A stretch of 63,252 nucleotides of DNA, counting the filler, from Octopus bimaculoides (Eukaryota), in NCBI RefSeq assembly GCF_001194135.2. It is 4 parts of 4 records of this genome, joined end to end, with 100 filler letters (N's around TTAATTAATTAA, not from the genome) between each part and the next. Parts side by side here need not be neighbours in the genome. Positions count along the whole stretch, not along the records: positions 50,426 to 63,252 come from NC_068986.1; 3 more parts are not named here. The stretch is one strand, 5' to 3'. The position numbers and the translations under genes are program-made. Positions 51,146 to 63,252 of this stretch are shown piece by piece (position 1 is the stretch's first letter; each line of letters begins with the position of its first letter). The notes beneath the pieces were generated by a model, which saw only the letters and a program-made list of their open reading frames with translations, did no database searches and was not told the DNA's origin.

Positions 51146-51896
51146 CATCATCATCGTCGTCGTCATCATCGGACTATGCCGTGCACATTTACAGTTGCGT
51201 TCTTTGGGGGAAGAAATTGTCAACAGTTTGCCCTTTAAAGGATTTGTTTAACTCATTTCTGTATTTTCTGTTGATGTAGAACGGAGCACGACCGCAGGGG
51301 AATTGTTGGTGACTTGTTTCTGGCCCCAATTGGGTTTTTCTCTCATGAAAAGGATCTTTGTTTCACGGGAAACATTGATATATCATAAACAGAGAAGATG
51401 GCATCGTGTTTGGTAAACGNNNNNNNNNNNNNNNNNNNNNNNNNNNNNNNNNNNNNNNNNNNNNNNNNNNNNNNNNNNNNNNNNNNNNNNNNNNNNNNNN
51501 NNNNNNNNNNNNNNNNNNNNNNNNNNNNNNNNNNNNNNNNNNNNNNGAGGGGGGGATCGTCAATGAAAGCGACCGCCTCCACTCACGCCTTTTGCTGAGG
51601 AAGGTTTTTCCGTTCGCCTAATCGGCTACGAAACCACCATCACAAACAAACAAACAAGGACGACCAATGATGCCGTTGAGGAAAGAAGGAAAGACAGAAA
51701 GTAGCGACCACAACAACAACAACAACAACAACAATAACGACAACAACAACGGCAGCAACAGCAGCAGCAGCAACAACAACAACACTGTCTCTAACTCAAC
51801 GGCGAGGAGGCTGGTTACTACTGTGCGTATAATGCATAGTGAAGATGCTTCTGCACAGTAGGGTATTAGCATCCCAAGGGTCTTCTTCCCCACATA

Positions 51897-52150
51897 GTAG
51901 AGGCACATGATCTTGTGGTTTGGCTGTTGCTCTCACGATCGCAAGATAGTGGTTTCGATTCTCGGTAAGGGAGGTGAATTGTGCTCTTGAGCAAAACACT
52001 TCATTTCATGTCTTTGCAGTCCCTTCATCTGTAAATGAATACCCCTGCAATGGACCGGTGCCCCGTTGAAGGAGGAATGATGTTATATTATTCACCTATA
52101 TGCCGTGGAAACTGGGGTTATAAGTGACTGAGCTCTAGGGCTTGAGGCAG
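51897..52150 (+). mobile_element. SINE group 3 head with MetaSINE-like body, decayed
   Basis: tRNA-like head, TTGAGCAAAACACTTCATTTC, then CCTGCAATGGACCGGTGCCCCGT...GGAAACTGGGG. Confidence 0.65.
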
Positions 52151-53539
52151 TTAAATCCAGGGGACTTTCTTTACTTTTACGTTTTCCGAAAGAAAAACAC
52201 TCTGTTTTCGGTCTCACAAATATAAGAAGACTACTACTACTACTACTATAAGAGGTATAACTAAACCTTCAACTGCATCACTAACAACCAAACAATAGAG
52301 AAACAAAACAATAACAACAATAAAAAGTCAAAAGAAACAACAAAAACAATTGAAGCCCCAACAACAACGACATCAGGGCGCAAAGACAGAGACGTCATCA
52401 AATATAGCGCTGAAGGAAATATTTCGCAAATGAGTAGAAATGTTTCAAAAAACAGGGGTAAGGTCCTTTTGAAGAGGCGATGGACTTTCATAGAAACTCG
52501 CCTGTCGAGGAGACCAGAATATCTTTCTCGTCCACGACCAACGTAATTAACCACTGAATAATATGGCCAAACTCACACTAGGTTGTATAAAAGCATATGA
52601 CCTGGGGGAGGGGCTTGGAAACATGTTTAATTGTTCAAAGAGCTCATGTTTCAAGATATAAATGCTGGGGGGTCAATCTAGAGACCTAAATTTTCAGAGC
52701 ACACACAAACAGACGCGCCCAAGTTTTATGACCACGAGTTTTAACCCTCATTTTTTATTCGACCCAGATCGGTCATCGGGATGACAGCGGTGTTTCGGAA
52801 ATGGCTGAATCGTCAAAGTATGAAAGACCTGCCAGAATCTGGATTGGAGGTCAATGATGATGGACGGGAACAGTCACAAAGACCGACCCTCAGACTAGTG
52901 ACGTATATTCCTCGACAAGGGCAGAGTGATCAGATTTCTTAAGGCACCTTGAAACGTTCTTATATTTTGTACAAGTGAAGACTATAATGGAGCTTTAAGG
53001 GCACACAGGAACTGTGCGAGGCTGGTCTACTGGAGAGAAAGGATGCAGTAACCTCACACATCAGTTTAAACAGATCCACGTATCCCATAGCTACCGACTG
53101 GATTTCTCGAACACTCCGGTGTAGACTATATCCGAAGTAACTACATCTGGTCTTTCAGATCTTAACTAGAAAAGGTCAGTGAATAACAATAGACAACGGT
53201 TACCTAAATAGATCACAGATATGCGATCTGCATGGTCGACTTAGATAGGGCGCTTAGATAGGGACTCAATGACATTCCTGGCGTACATATATCAAGTGGG
53301 TTTTCGAATTTGTGAAGAGACAGTCCACGCAAGCGACTGTAAGCAACTGTTAGTGATACCCTTCGAGGAGGCCAATCAGAGTCAAATTCTAGGACTCTTA
53401 CAGAATACACGACTGCACTTTTCCGCAGATCGACGACGCGAGTCTCGATTTTATTGCTGTTGTTGTTATTGTCGTCCTCGCCCAAAATTGCTGGTCTTGC
53501 ACCAAAATTTGAAACCATAATTATTATTGTTGTTGCTGC

Positions 53540-53574
<35 letters not shown>

Positions 53575-53764
53575 GCTATTTTAATTATTTCCATACATGA
53601 CCCCATTCCCACAACGTGTTTATCGGATTTGTAGATACGACATGACATGTTGTCAATGACAATAAATTTCAAACATACAAAAATTAAAATTTCAAAACAA
53701 AAAATGTAACATAAAATTTTAAAAAAGTGAACAACTAAAAATAAACTAGAAATAATTCTTTTCT

Positions 53765-53990
53765 GTTATTCTTTTTTATTTGTTTCAGTCATTTGACTGC
53801 GGCCATGCTGGAGCACCGCCTTTAGTCGAACAAATCGACCCCAGGACTTATTCATTGTAAGCTTAATACTTATTCTATCGATCTCTTTTGTATAGATATA
53901 TGTATGTGTGTGTGTGTGTGTGTGTGTGTCTTTGTGTCTGTGTTTGTTCCCCATCACCACTTGACAACCGGTGTTGGTGTGTTTGGGAAA
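53765..53990 (-). mobile_element. SINE group 1, 3' half
   Basis: Reverse complement of the family 3' half. Confidence 0.88.
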
Positions 53991-54616
53991 CAAACTTTTC
54001 ATACACATACATATGTAAATGAGTGTTTGTGTGTGCGTGCGTGATGCAAAGGCGCTTTGATACTGAACGGCTGGATATTCTGGTACAGCCTCACAATTTC
54101 ATGTGTCTGATTGTGAAACACTCAAGGTCGCGAGCAATGCTTCACCTCTGTACGATTTGGCCTGTGTCGATTGATTCTGATCCAAATTAAGTAAACATCA
54201 TACAAATCATTGTCACTTTTACAACGGCCCATTACGTAATAGATAAAAAAAATAGTAAATAAATAAAGAAATTACTATTTATTTGTTTTTCTTGTATATT
54301 TGACACAAAACTTGCCAAGACCAGTTTGCTATCGGACCAGACAGATTGATGCAACGCTTCGTCCTCCTTCTAATGTCCTTGTGCTCAATAAACTACTGAA
54401 GGTGTTATTTTTGCCGTACTCTGGCCGTATGACATGTAATGACAATCACTTCATAAATAATTAACGAGGCAGAAAAATATATCGTAAAATGTGTATGTTA
54501 TGCATTTGCTGTATATAAGTGATAACAATATAAAAGTGTATTTTCAGGTGAAATAGTGTGAATGCAGTTTAATAGCCTTTCGCTGACGTCAGCATGTATC
54601 ATGACAATTCATATAT

Positions 54617-54779
54617 AAGGCGCAAGAGTGGCTGTGTGGTTTGCTTCCCAACTACTTGGCTCTGGGTTCAGTCGCACTGCGTGGCACCTTGGGCAAGTGT
54701 CTTCTGCTATACCCTCGGGCCGACCAAAGCCTTGTAAGTGGATTTGGTAGACGGAAACTGAAAGAAACCCGTCGTGTAG

Positions 54780-54826
<47 letters not shown>

Positions 54827-55010
54827 TGTGTGTATTTGTGTGTGTGTTTGTCTCCCGACCCGCACCAGGTTAGCGGTTCGGCAAAAAGAGACCGATTGAA
54901 TAAGTACGAGGCTTATAAAGAATAAGTCCTGGGATCGATTTTTTCGACTAAAGGCGATGCTCCAGCATGGCCGCAGTCGAATGACTGAAACAAATTAATG
55001 AACAAAAAAA
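54617..55010 (+). mobile_element. SINE group 1, full-length, with internal (TG)n
   Basis: Head, TG tract and 3' half are all present. Confidence 0.9.
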
Positions 55011-55057
55011 ATAAGCCGATGCACAGTGTGTGATCAGAAGTAACCAGACACCCCACG

Positions 55058-55116
55058 AGAGGGCGCCACAGTAGATTACAGAGGGCGCCACAGTAGATTA
55101 CAGAGGGCGCCACAGT
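55058..55116. repeat. 22-bp tandem repeat AGAGGGCGCCACAGTAGATTAC x2.7
   Basis: Directly visible. Confidence 0.9.
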
Positions 55117-55187
55117 GCTATCAGTTACCACGTGGAACACATGATCAGCGATCTCCGTAGCCGCAGAACGGGACGCTAGGCTGCAGA

Positions 55188-55365
55188 ATGGGACGCTCTA
55201 CCGGACTAACGGACTTTCAACGTGGTCAGGTGGTCGGGTGCCACTTGTCTATTAAACCTGTGCGCGAGATTTCCACCCTCTTGAAAATCCCTAGGTCCAC
55301 TGTTTCCAATGTAATAGTGAAGTAGAAATGTGAAGGGAGGTGTACAACCCAATAGCGTTCTGCCT
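55188..55365 (+). pseudogene. Tc1-like transposase N-terminus
   Basis: MGRSTGLTDFQRGQVVGCHLSIKPVREISTLLKIPRSTVSNVIVK*KCEG, a paired-like HTH typical of Tc1, with an in-frame stop at 55323. Confidence 0.8.
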
Positions 55366-55758
55366 GACTTTGGTGGTGGTACTTGAAGAACATTCACGCC
55401 TTGGGTGATCTCCAAGTTTCTCCCTTCCTTGCCTAAATTCAGTTGCCCACTTTTGCACGCTTGATAAAGCTGAAGTGTCATCTCCTAAAGTAGCAACCAT
55501 GTCATCATGAATACCCTTGGGGAATAAACCCTTTTTCTGCAGGTATTTGATAACACCACGATACCAAATTTTGTCCATTTTTAAGAGAAGTCGCTACTAG
55601 TTAATTTTGAAATATTCTTTGAACAGTTCTATGTTTGTTTATCTGGAAAGAAACATTGCAGCTATTAAGAAGAAGACCTGAAATTAATGCAGGAAAGGTT
55701 CCACAGCTCTAGCATCATTCCTTCATTGTCAGCCTATGAACTTTTCAGCCCACCCCCG
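55365..55758 (-). pseudogene. mariner left end and transposase N-terminus
   Basis: The TIR reads TA|CGGGGGTGGGCTGAAAAGTTCATAGGCTGAC on the minus strand (TA at 55759-55760). The ORF from 55578 reads MDKIWYRGVIKYLQKKGLFPKGIHDDMVATLGDD...VQKWATEFRQGR. Confidence 0.9.
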
Positions 55759-56074
55759 TAAAGGGAATTAGCTTCAAGAATTCTATAATATTAATCTGTC
55801 TGTCTGGGCGTGTGTTCGTGCGTTGCCCTTGTAACAAACAACCTTAATTATCGGACAAAATCTTTAACATAATAAAATAATGCTGCTAAAATCTATGAAT
55901 TTATGCACCAAAATAGAAATTAAGGACATACTCATGAGGAGGTGTGTGAAACGGTGACAAAGTAAAAGAAACTTCAAACCAGTTCAAAAAGGGTTGAGAG
56001 GTAGTTGAACGTGTAAAGGTTCTTCGCTGCAGTTTTTCGTGGAGGAAAGGTATTAGAGCACTATAGTCGGCTCA

Positions 56075-56370
56075 AAGTATGGGTTGCGGCACTCACGATT
56101 GTAAGATCGTAGTTTCGATTTGCGAGCTGAGCGGTGCACTGTGTTCTTGACCAAAATATCTTATTTCCCCTTGCTCTGACCTCGCTTTGACATTTGACGT
56201 GTGACACACGGTGCACCTGTACACAAACAATGTCGATTTGACGCAGGGCGCGAGCTCATGTACAGCACCTTACATTTGATCCCTATAAACAAACCATTTG
56301 TGCTGCTGGTCGTTCGGCAAGAAGTTGCAGAACTCTCATATGCCGTCCACGACAGAAGAATTCACAAATG
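56075..56370 (+). mobile_element. SINE group 3-type head with a further body type, decayed
   Basis: GCACTCACGATTGTAAGATCGTAGTTTCGATTT...GTGTTCTTGACCAAAATATCTTATTTC. Confidence 0.65.
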
Positions 56371-57267
56371 ATTGCATAAAACCTAACCAGAGATCGTAAG
56401 GTTTTCAGCTTGTATGGAAATAGCCGAGACGCAGTTTAGATTGTCGTGCTTTTGTTGTCGTGTCAGGTACAAGTTTTGCAGCGTGTGTTATTGTCGCAGT
56501 ATCAATCAGCAACAATTAGTTCATGCAGCAGAAATCAGAGAAAACTATTGTCAGTTCTATTGAGTTGCGTTTTTTTGTATTTTAGCGAGGGTGTGGTAAG
56601 TTGAAGAGTTTATTTACAACGAAAAGAAAGGCAATATATTGTGATCAAGGTTTTATAGCAAGTCGGTGACGTCAGCAGATTTAAGCACTTACTTGTATGG
56701 CATGGTGTTTGTGTGTGTGCGTGCATGTATGTGTGTGCACGCTCGTTTATCTGTGTGTGTGTGTGTGCGTGTGTGTGTGTGTGCGTGTGTGTGTGTGTGT
56801 GTGTGTGGTCCTCAGCGACATAATTATTAATTCAAAAGTTGAAAATTGCAATTTGTGTCTTCAATTTAAGGATAGGTCATTGAATGTTGGACAAACAGTT
56901 GTATTCGTTTCGACAAACATAAAAATATACCCAAAAGCAGGCAAATATCGTGCAGCAGCTAAATACACATTTCTGCTTCTTTGGGCTTCGTCAGAAACAG
57001 TCATCGATTGGCAACTGCGTGCTAAGACCAAATCAACCACTAATGACANNNNNNNNNNNNNNNNNNNNNNNNNNNNNNNNNNNNNNNNNNNNNNNNNNNN
57101 NNNNNNTGGCGCCTAATTGAGACATCGGAGGATTTCCATCTGTCACATATATTTTTTTAATGCTTTTTTAACACTTTGCGTTTACAAGAGATACTTCCTC
57201 GAGATAAACACTGCAGTTTAGCAGGCTTTCAGCAATGTATGCCTTCAGTTTGATATACAGATTACTA

Positions 57268-57357
<90 letters not shown>

Positions 57358-57899
57358 TATATGAGTTACATATATTGTTTATAACGAATAAGAAAAAGTG
57401 GTCAACAGACAGAATGGAGTATAAGTTAACTGGACTGAGGCACACACACACACACGCACACACACACACACACACACAGTCCTACGTACACACATACAAA
57501 CACACTGATACACACACCAGTTCAACTTACACCAACACACACATCTTCATATAACCTCTCTCCACACATCACACACAAACACACTTCATAAACTACATAC
57601 AGACACGCACACATACATACAATTATCCATAATACATCCATACACGTAAACATTATCTTCTCTTTTCTCCAACACAGCCATTACATACGCTCATACATCG
57701 ACCTCACTTTATGACGCGTCCAATGCATTCGTCACTTACACTCAAATACGTACGTAGACCCTACGTATCTTACTCACACACATGCACACACAGACTGAGA
57801 GACCGAATAGAAGCCAGAGAGTAAGTACATATAAATATATGTGTGTGCATGTGTTTCTTAATCCATGCAAATTCTTCCTCCCAATAGGAACTATTCTTC

Positions 57900-59270
57900 A
57901 ACAAAAGGCAAAAGCTTCGTCGCTGGAATTTGGATCACAAAAACGATTAATGTTAAATGTTGAACTTGCATTATTTTAACTATTCTGGTCTCGGATTGTA
58001 TCTGTGGTTTGTGTAAACTGATCAATTTCTTTATCTGAAAATATTAGCTTTTCGTGATGGTCGCTTCAGCTTTTACTAACACAGCCAAGTATAATGTAAA
58101 TTAATAATCTGAGTAGAGAAACTGCAGGTTTCAAAGCAGATGTCCATAAATATTCTCTCTCTCTCTCTCTCACTGATTTTATATGAAATGCTCACATCTG
58201 CAGAGCAGCTGACGTCTGTAACTGCACCTCGCTTTCTTTTTCTGTCCCGATTAACTATACCAAGCCTGTTATGTCTGCACTTGGTGTAAATTTTTATCAG
58301 AATGTTCCACCAATAATCTTTGGGTTAATATGTATGTTTTCAATAACTGGGTTATTGTCTATGTTTATCCGAGAGTAGTGTATATTGTTTTAACAACCAC
58401 AAACATATGCTGCATGAAGAGGCAGTACTTGGATGACATTTTGAGACATCTATTGACCACATGTGTAATAACATCCTCAGACATGCGACTTCATCAACAT
58501 TTTTGTTGCATCTTGGGGATTTAGGGGATTCGCTGTCGCTTGTACTTATTTGAGGTATTTAGTTGTTATCTTTAGCACTTGGATTGCAAAAGCAACCGAA
58601 ATGTGACTCGACATAACAGTCACGAGTCAAATAAAAGATACACTTCATGTTAATATTAGCTTTAACTTCAAGTTGACAGGAAACATACCCAAATGTAACC
58701 TTTTTGTGGTCTGCAGAGTGATTTTTGTTCTTTGTTTTTCAGGTTTTTGTTGAGAAACGCTGAACCAGGAATTTTGGAATCGCATCGGGAAGTGAGTAAC
58801 TTTTAACGAATTCACTCGCGACCCACTTCATTGATGGATTTAATTTTGCTGTCTTTGTCTGGCAGATACTGTCTGAGAGATATTGTCATGTGACATTCAA
58901 AGGTCGTCTGCACGGAACTCAAGCCTCTTCCTCTCCCTTTACTTCTCAGAGACAGCCTATCAATATCTCTGCTTCTATGGACAGAGGCGGTGATGTCAGG
59001 ACCTTGTGGGTTTGAATATCTATGGAACAGATTTTCTAGAGAGACCAGCCGAGTATCCCGTACGTTGCAATCAGCTCTGGAACTGAAGATGCGTTATGTC
59101 TTGTTGCAAAAGAGAAGCTTCGATGAACTTTTTAGTTTCGTATCATATTCTTTGGTCATTCTGTTTTCCTGCCCAACATCTTTGTATGATAATGTATTCT
59201 TCACTAAAATAATGCACTCACTGGATGGAAAAGGAGAGATAGAGGGACCATTGATGCAGCGGGGTTAGGT
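57900..59270 (-). pseudogene. Decayed R4/Dong-like LINE (RT end, CCHC, RLE), a further family
   Basis: Minus-strand frames: YKDVGQENRMTKEY, VHRSRDIDRLSLRSKGRGRGLSSVQ, KC**SRMSEDVITHVVNRCLKMSSKY, YWWNILIK...HNRLGIV...DVSCSADVSI. Confidence 0.75.
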
Positions 59271-60230
59271 TTGGGGAAAAACGGTTCTCCACGTTCAACT
59301 CAATACATTATGCAAATTTAAGTGTATATATATATATATTTAAGTGTAAATATAATTTAAGTATATATCGAGTATATATATAAAAATGAGGAGCGTTATA
59401 TATAGATATATGAGGAGAATATTTAGGATTTAGGAATATGCTAATAAAACTTATTTTAAGCTGAAAGCTCGCAAATTATCACTAAGAGTTTCACGTTGTC
59501 CATACTCAAGCAATAACAAAAATGATGCAACCATTTATTTACTAAATAAAGAACGATTAAATATGGGAATTTCATAAATAAAAACAGCAAACTGTTTGTT
59601 TGAAACATTTAACGGCGTTGTACAAGAATACTTGGTGTTCGATTGTTTGGTATTTTTCAAATATTTCAATAAATATTTCGATATTTCGATTTATGATGGC
59701 AAAAAACATTTACTCTAATTAGTATTACACCAGAAACGTTATGGAATTCATGTTTTTAGACATACAATTATCGCAACCACCACTCATCCATATTTGGCGT
59801 ATTGTAATACATTCCTGCTGCTTTTATAATTTCTGTTATTGTTAATTTCAGAAAGCAAATATAGTTAGACAAATTTATCAATGGAGATTTTCTGGGACTT
59901 CTTAAAGTATGTATATGATAATAAAGTCTTAACTTAAAAGGATATGTAGTCAATTTGATTTGATCTTTTGAAACTGAATGATTAGCTAATGAACGATATC
60001 GTAGAATAAATCTTTTAAAACATAAATCTGGACATTGTACGAAAGTTAAAATCATCGAAAAAAAACAGTTTTTAACACACTGTCGGATTTTTAAAATGAT
60101 TTAATACACGATTTTAGTTTGTGCTCATGCAGTATTACTTCGGATCTCTCTTTATTCAACAAAGCGTCCCTTTATTATAATGAAGTAATAAAACGAAGTG
60201 GTTCTAAGGATAAGATTAATCAGAGAAATA

Positions 60231-60445
60231 ATCCCTTCTACTATACACACAAGGCCTGAAATTTCGTGCGGATGGGGTTAATCGATTACAACGAGCCTAA
60301 TTAGCAACTGGTACTTATTTTATCAACTCCGAAAGGATGAAAGGCAAAGTCGACTACGGTGGAATTTGAACTCAGAGCGTAAAGTTGAAAGAAATGCCAC
60401 TAAGCATTTTGTCCGTCGAGGCAACGATTCCGCCAACTTACCCTC
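60231..60445 (-). mobile_element. SINE group 2
   Basis: Reverse complement of the family, with the GAATTTGAACTCAGA B box complement. Confidence 0.88.
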
Positions 60446-60611
60446 TACATAAATAATAATAATGATGACGATGATGATGATGATGATGATGATAATGATG
60501 ATGATGATGATGGTGATGGTGATGATGATGGTGATAATAATCCTTACTAATTTTGGACACAAGGCCAGCAGCTTCCAAAATTGCTGGCCTTTGGCCAAAA
60601 ATTAGAAAGGA

Positions 60612-60675
<64 letters not shown>

Positions 60676-60935
60676 TATTTAATCTCAGATCATTTTTGAT
60701 TAAAAACATTCGTGCAGTAGTGACTATCTACGTCTCTTTTGTTGTGACAGTGTATCAAAAACTACATTATTTAATAAGTCTTTCAATTTTTAAACAACTG
60801 GGTATAATTTGAGAGAAACTTTGTTGCTTATTTAGCAGGTTAATTCACCAGATGCAGGCTCGTTTGTCAGTTCCAGTATATCTTTTATATGTATGTATAT
60901 CTATCTTTCTATCTATCTATTTATCTATCTATCCA

Positions 60936-60967
<32 letters not shown>

Positions 60968-61264
60968 CGTATGTATGTATGTATGTATATGCGATAATTG
61001 GACAGACTTGTCTTAATTATGTATTCATGTTTACATGAATTTAATTAGCAAATAACGCCAGTCATTTCTCACATAGTTGTCATCCTCAACCAATCATTTA
61101 ATGGTATCTCCCCGCCCCACATCGTCATCTTCTTCCTCCTTCTCTACTTTCTCCTTTCCCACCTCCTCCTCCTCCTCTTTCTTCTCCTCCCTATCTGGAT
61201 TTATTTCTTACGTACTTTCCTTTCTATCAGACGAATATAAAATGCTAAATAACCGGCGAACATC

Positions 61265-61425
61265 TTTGGCTGTCTAGTTAAGAATCATATGGTTTGCAAT
61301 CATAAGGCGTGGGGTTCAATCCCAGTGCGCAGCACCTCGGGTAAGTATCTTCTACTATAGTCCCGAACAATCAATGCCTTGTGATCAGATTTGGGAAACG
61401 GAAACTAAAATAAGCCCTTCGTATA
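61265..61425 (+). mobile_element. SINE group 1, 5' half, decayed
   Basis: GGGTTCAATCCCAGTGCGCAGCACC...GGAAACTAAAATAAGCCC, then (AT)n and a gap. Confidence 0.75.
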
Positions 61426-62466
61426 TATATATATATATATATATATATANNNNNNNNNNNNNNNNNNNNNNNNNNNNNNNNNNNNNNNNNNNNNNNNNNN
61501 NNNNNNNNNNNNNNNNNNNNNNNNNNNNNNNNNNNNNNNNNNNNNNNNNNNNNNNNNNNNNNNNNNNNNNNNNNNNNNNNNNNNNNNNNNNNNNNNNNNN
61601 NNNNNNNNNNNNNNNNNNNNNNNNNNNNNNNNNNNNNNNNNNNNNNNNNNNNNNNNNNNNNNNNNNNNNNNNNNNNNNNNNNNNNNNNNNNNNNNNNNNN
61701 NNNNNNNNNNNNNNNNNNNNNNNNNNNNNNNNNNNNNNNNNNNNNNNNNNNNNNNNNNNNNNNNNNNNNNNNNNNNNNNNNNNNNNNNNNNNNNNNNNNN
61801 NNNNNNNNNNNNNNNNNNNNNNNNNNNNNNNNNNNNNNNNNNNNNNNNNNNNNNNNNNNNNNNNNNNNNNNNNNNNNNNNNNNNNNNNNNNNNNNNNNNN
61901 NNNNNNNNNNNNNNNNNNNNNNNNNNNNNNNNNNNNNNNNNNNNNNNNNNNNNNNNNNNNNNNNNNNNNNNNNNNNNNNNNNNNNNNNNNNNNNNNNNNN
62001 NNNNNNNNNNNNNNNNNNNNNNNNNNNNNNNNNNNNNNNNNNNNNNNNNNNNNNNNNNNNNNNNNNNNNNNNNNNNNNNNNNNNNNNNNNNNNNNNNNNN
62101 NNNNNNNNNNNNNNNNNNNNNNNNNNNNNNNNNNNNNNNNNNNNNNNNNNNNNNNNNNNNNNNNNNNNNNNNNNNNNNNNNNNNNNNNNNNNNNNNNNNN
62201 NNNNNNNNNNNNNNNNNNNNNNNNNNNNNNNNNNNNNNNNNNNNNNNNNNNNNNNNNNNNNNNNNNNNNNNNNNNNNNNNNNNNNNNNNNNNNNNNNNNN
62301 NNNNNNNNNNNNNNNNNNNNNNNNNNNNNNNNNNNNNNNNNNNNNNNNNNNNNNNNNNNNNNNNNNNNNNNNNNNNNNNNNNCATATGTTGAAGTGAATC
62401 GAAGGGTTTTTGTGCGTTTTTAGATGGCTTGTAAACACCTTCCACGCTGCATTTATACATGCATAC

Positions 62467-62510
<44 letters not shown>

Positions 62511-63252
62511 CAAATCACACCATGCCTATTGAGGGGGCCAAACGTCAAGAATGTATTGAAGTATTGAATCAAAAAGATTTAACTCTTTTAATTCAATCTC
62601 TTGTCGCCACATAAACTCGATTTTGTAATGGGAAGATAACTCAGTTTTTTAATGGCAATTTTTTAATGGGGTGAGATAACCAAAAAGTAGCCGACTTAAA
62701 AGGATGATACCTATTTGTAGTTAAGTCCGGAAGGGACTCTGATATATAGTGATAGTAGTAGTGGCAGCCGTAGCACCAGAGGAGTAGCAGCAGCAGCAGC
62801 AACAACAGAAACTACAACAACAACTTCAGAAATAGCAACAGCAGTAACAACAACAATGGAACGATGCTAATTATATACACATGACTGTTAGAAATATTCT
62901 ATTGTTTTCTAAGAAAGAATGTCGACTTAACTGTTTCCTCGTTGCTCATAGGATGGGTGTTGTAGACGTGCATGTATGTATATAGTTGTAAAACTTGTAC
63001 AGAATGTCTGTATGTAGGATGTGTGTGTGTGTGTGTGCGTGTGTCTGTGTGTGCGTGTAAGTCACACACATATATTTGATACGCACATGCATACACATAT
63101 ACAAGATATATATATGAATGTATGTATGTGCGTATCTGCGTATGTCTTTGTATATATATATATATTTACATACATACATACATACATACATATATGCGTG
63201 TGTGTGCACGGGCACACATATATGTATGTATGCATATATATATATATATATA

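Noticed and set aside
52880-53330. Faint RTE-like LINE peptides (HRNCARLVYWRER, DPRIP)
   Set aside because: The similarity is too fragmentary to call without a profile search.
58743-58791. Apparent 49-nt coding exon (TTTTTCAG|...FLLRNAEPGILESHRE|GTGAGT) and a following acceptor at 58865
   Set aside because: It lies inside the antisense strand of a decayed Dong-like LINE, whose motifs explain the region. The splice-like signals are probably fortuitous, though exonisation cannot be excluded without RNA-seq.
59852-59906. Candidate 55-nt exon with AG/GT boundaries
   Set aside because: All three frames contain stops and there is no recognisable protein similarity.

Overview
This is a gene-poor, AT-rich animal genomic window dominated by microsatellites, with many assembly gaps. 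The repeat repertoire looks like an octopus (coleoid cephalopod) draft assembly; that assignment is my recognition, not a database result. I find no supportable host protein-coding exon, rRNA, genuine tRNA gene or CRISPR array, and almost all listed ORFs are translations of microsatellites or N runs. The real content is mobile DNA: (i) at least three tRNA-derived SINE groups with exchangeable bodies and tails; (ii) stacks of 5'-truncated R4/Dong-clade LINEs (CCHC knuckle plus restriction-like endonuclease) inside (TAA)n arrays, plus two older decayed Dong-like copies; (iii) Penelope-like GIY-YIG remnants; (iv) a decayed CR1/L2-type RT with YADD; (v) a TTAA-bounded piggyBac pseudogene, a TTAA MITE, Tc1 and mariner fragments, and foldback elements. 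The most striking object is a 541-bp palindromic insertion (28539-29079) flanked by a perfect 12-bp target-site duplication. Each arm carries a tRNA-like head with a Pol III B box, a (TAA)n tract and a minimal Penelope-type hammerhead ribozyme motif, suggesting a SINE/retrozyme hybrid. Several other hammerhead-like motifs occur, including a near-perfect minimal one at 32688-32724.
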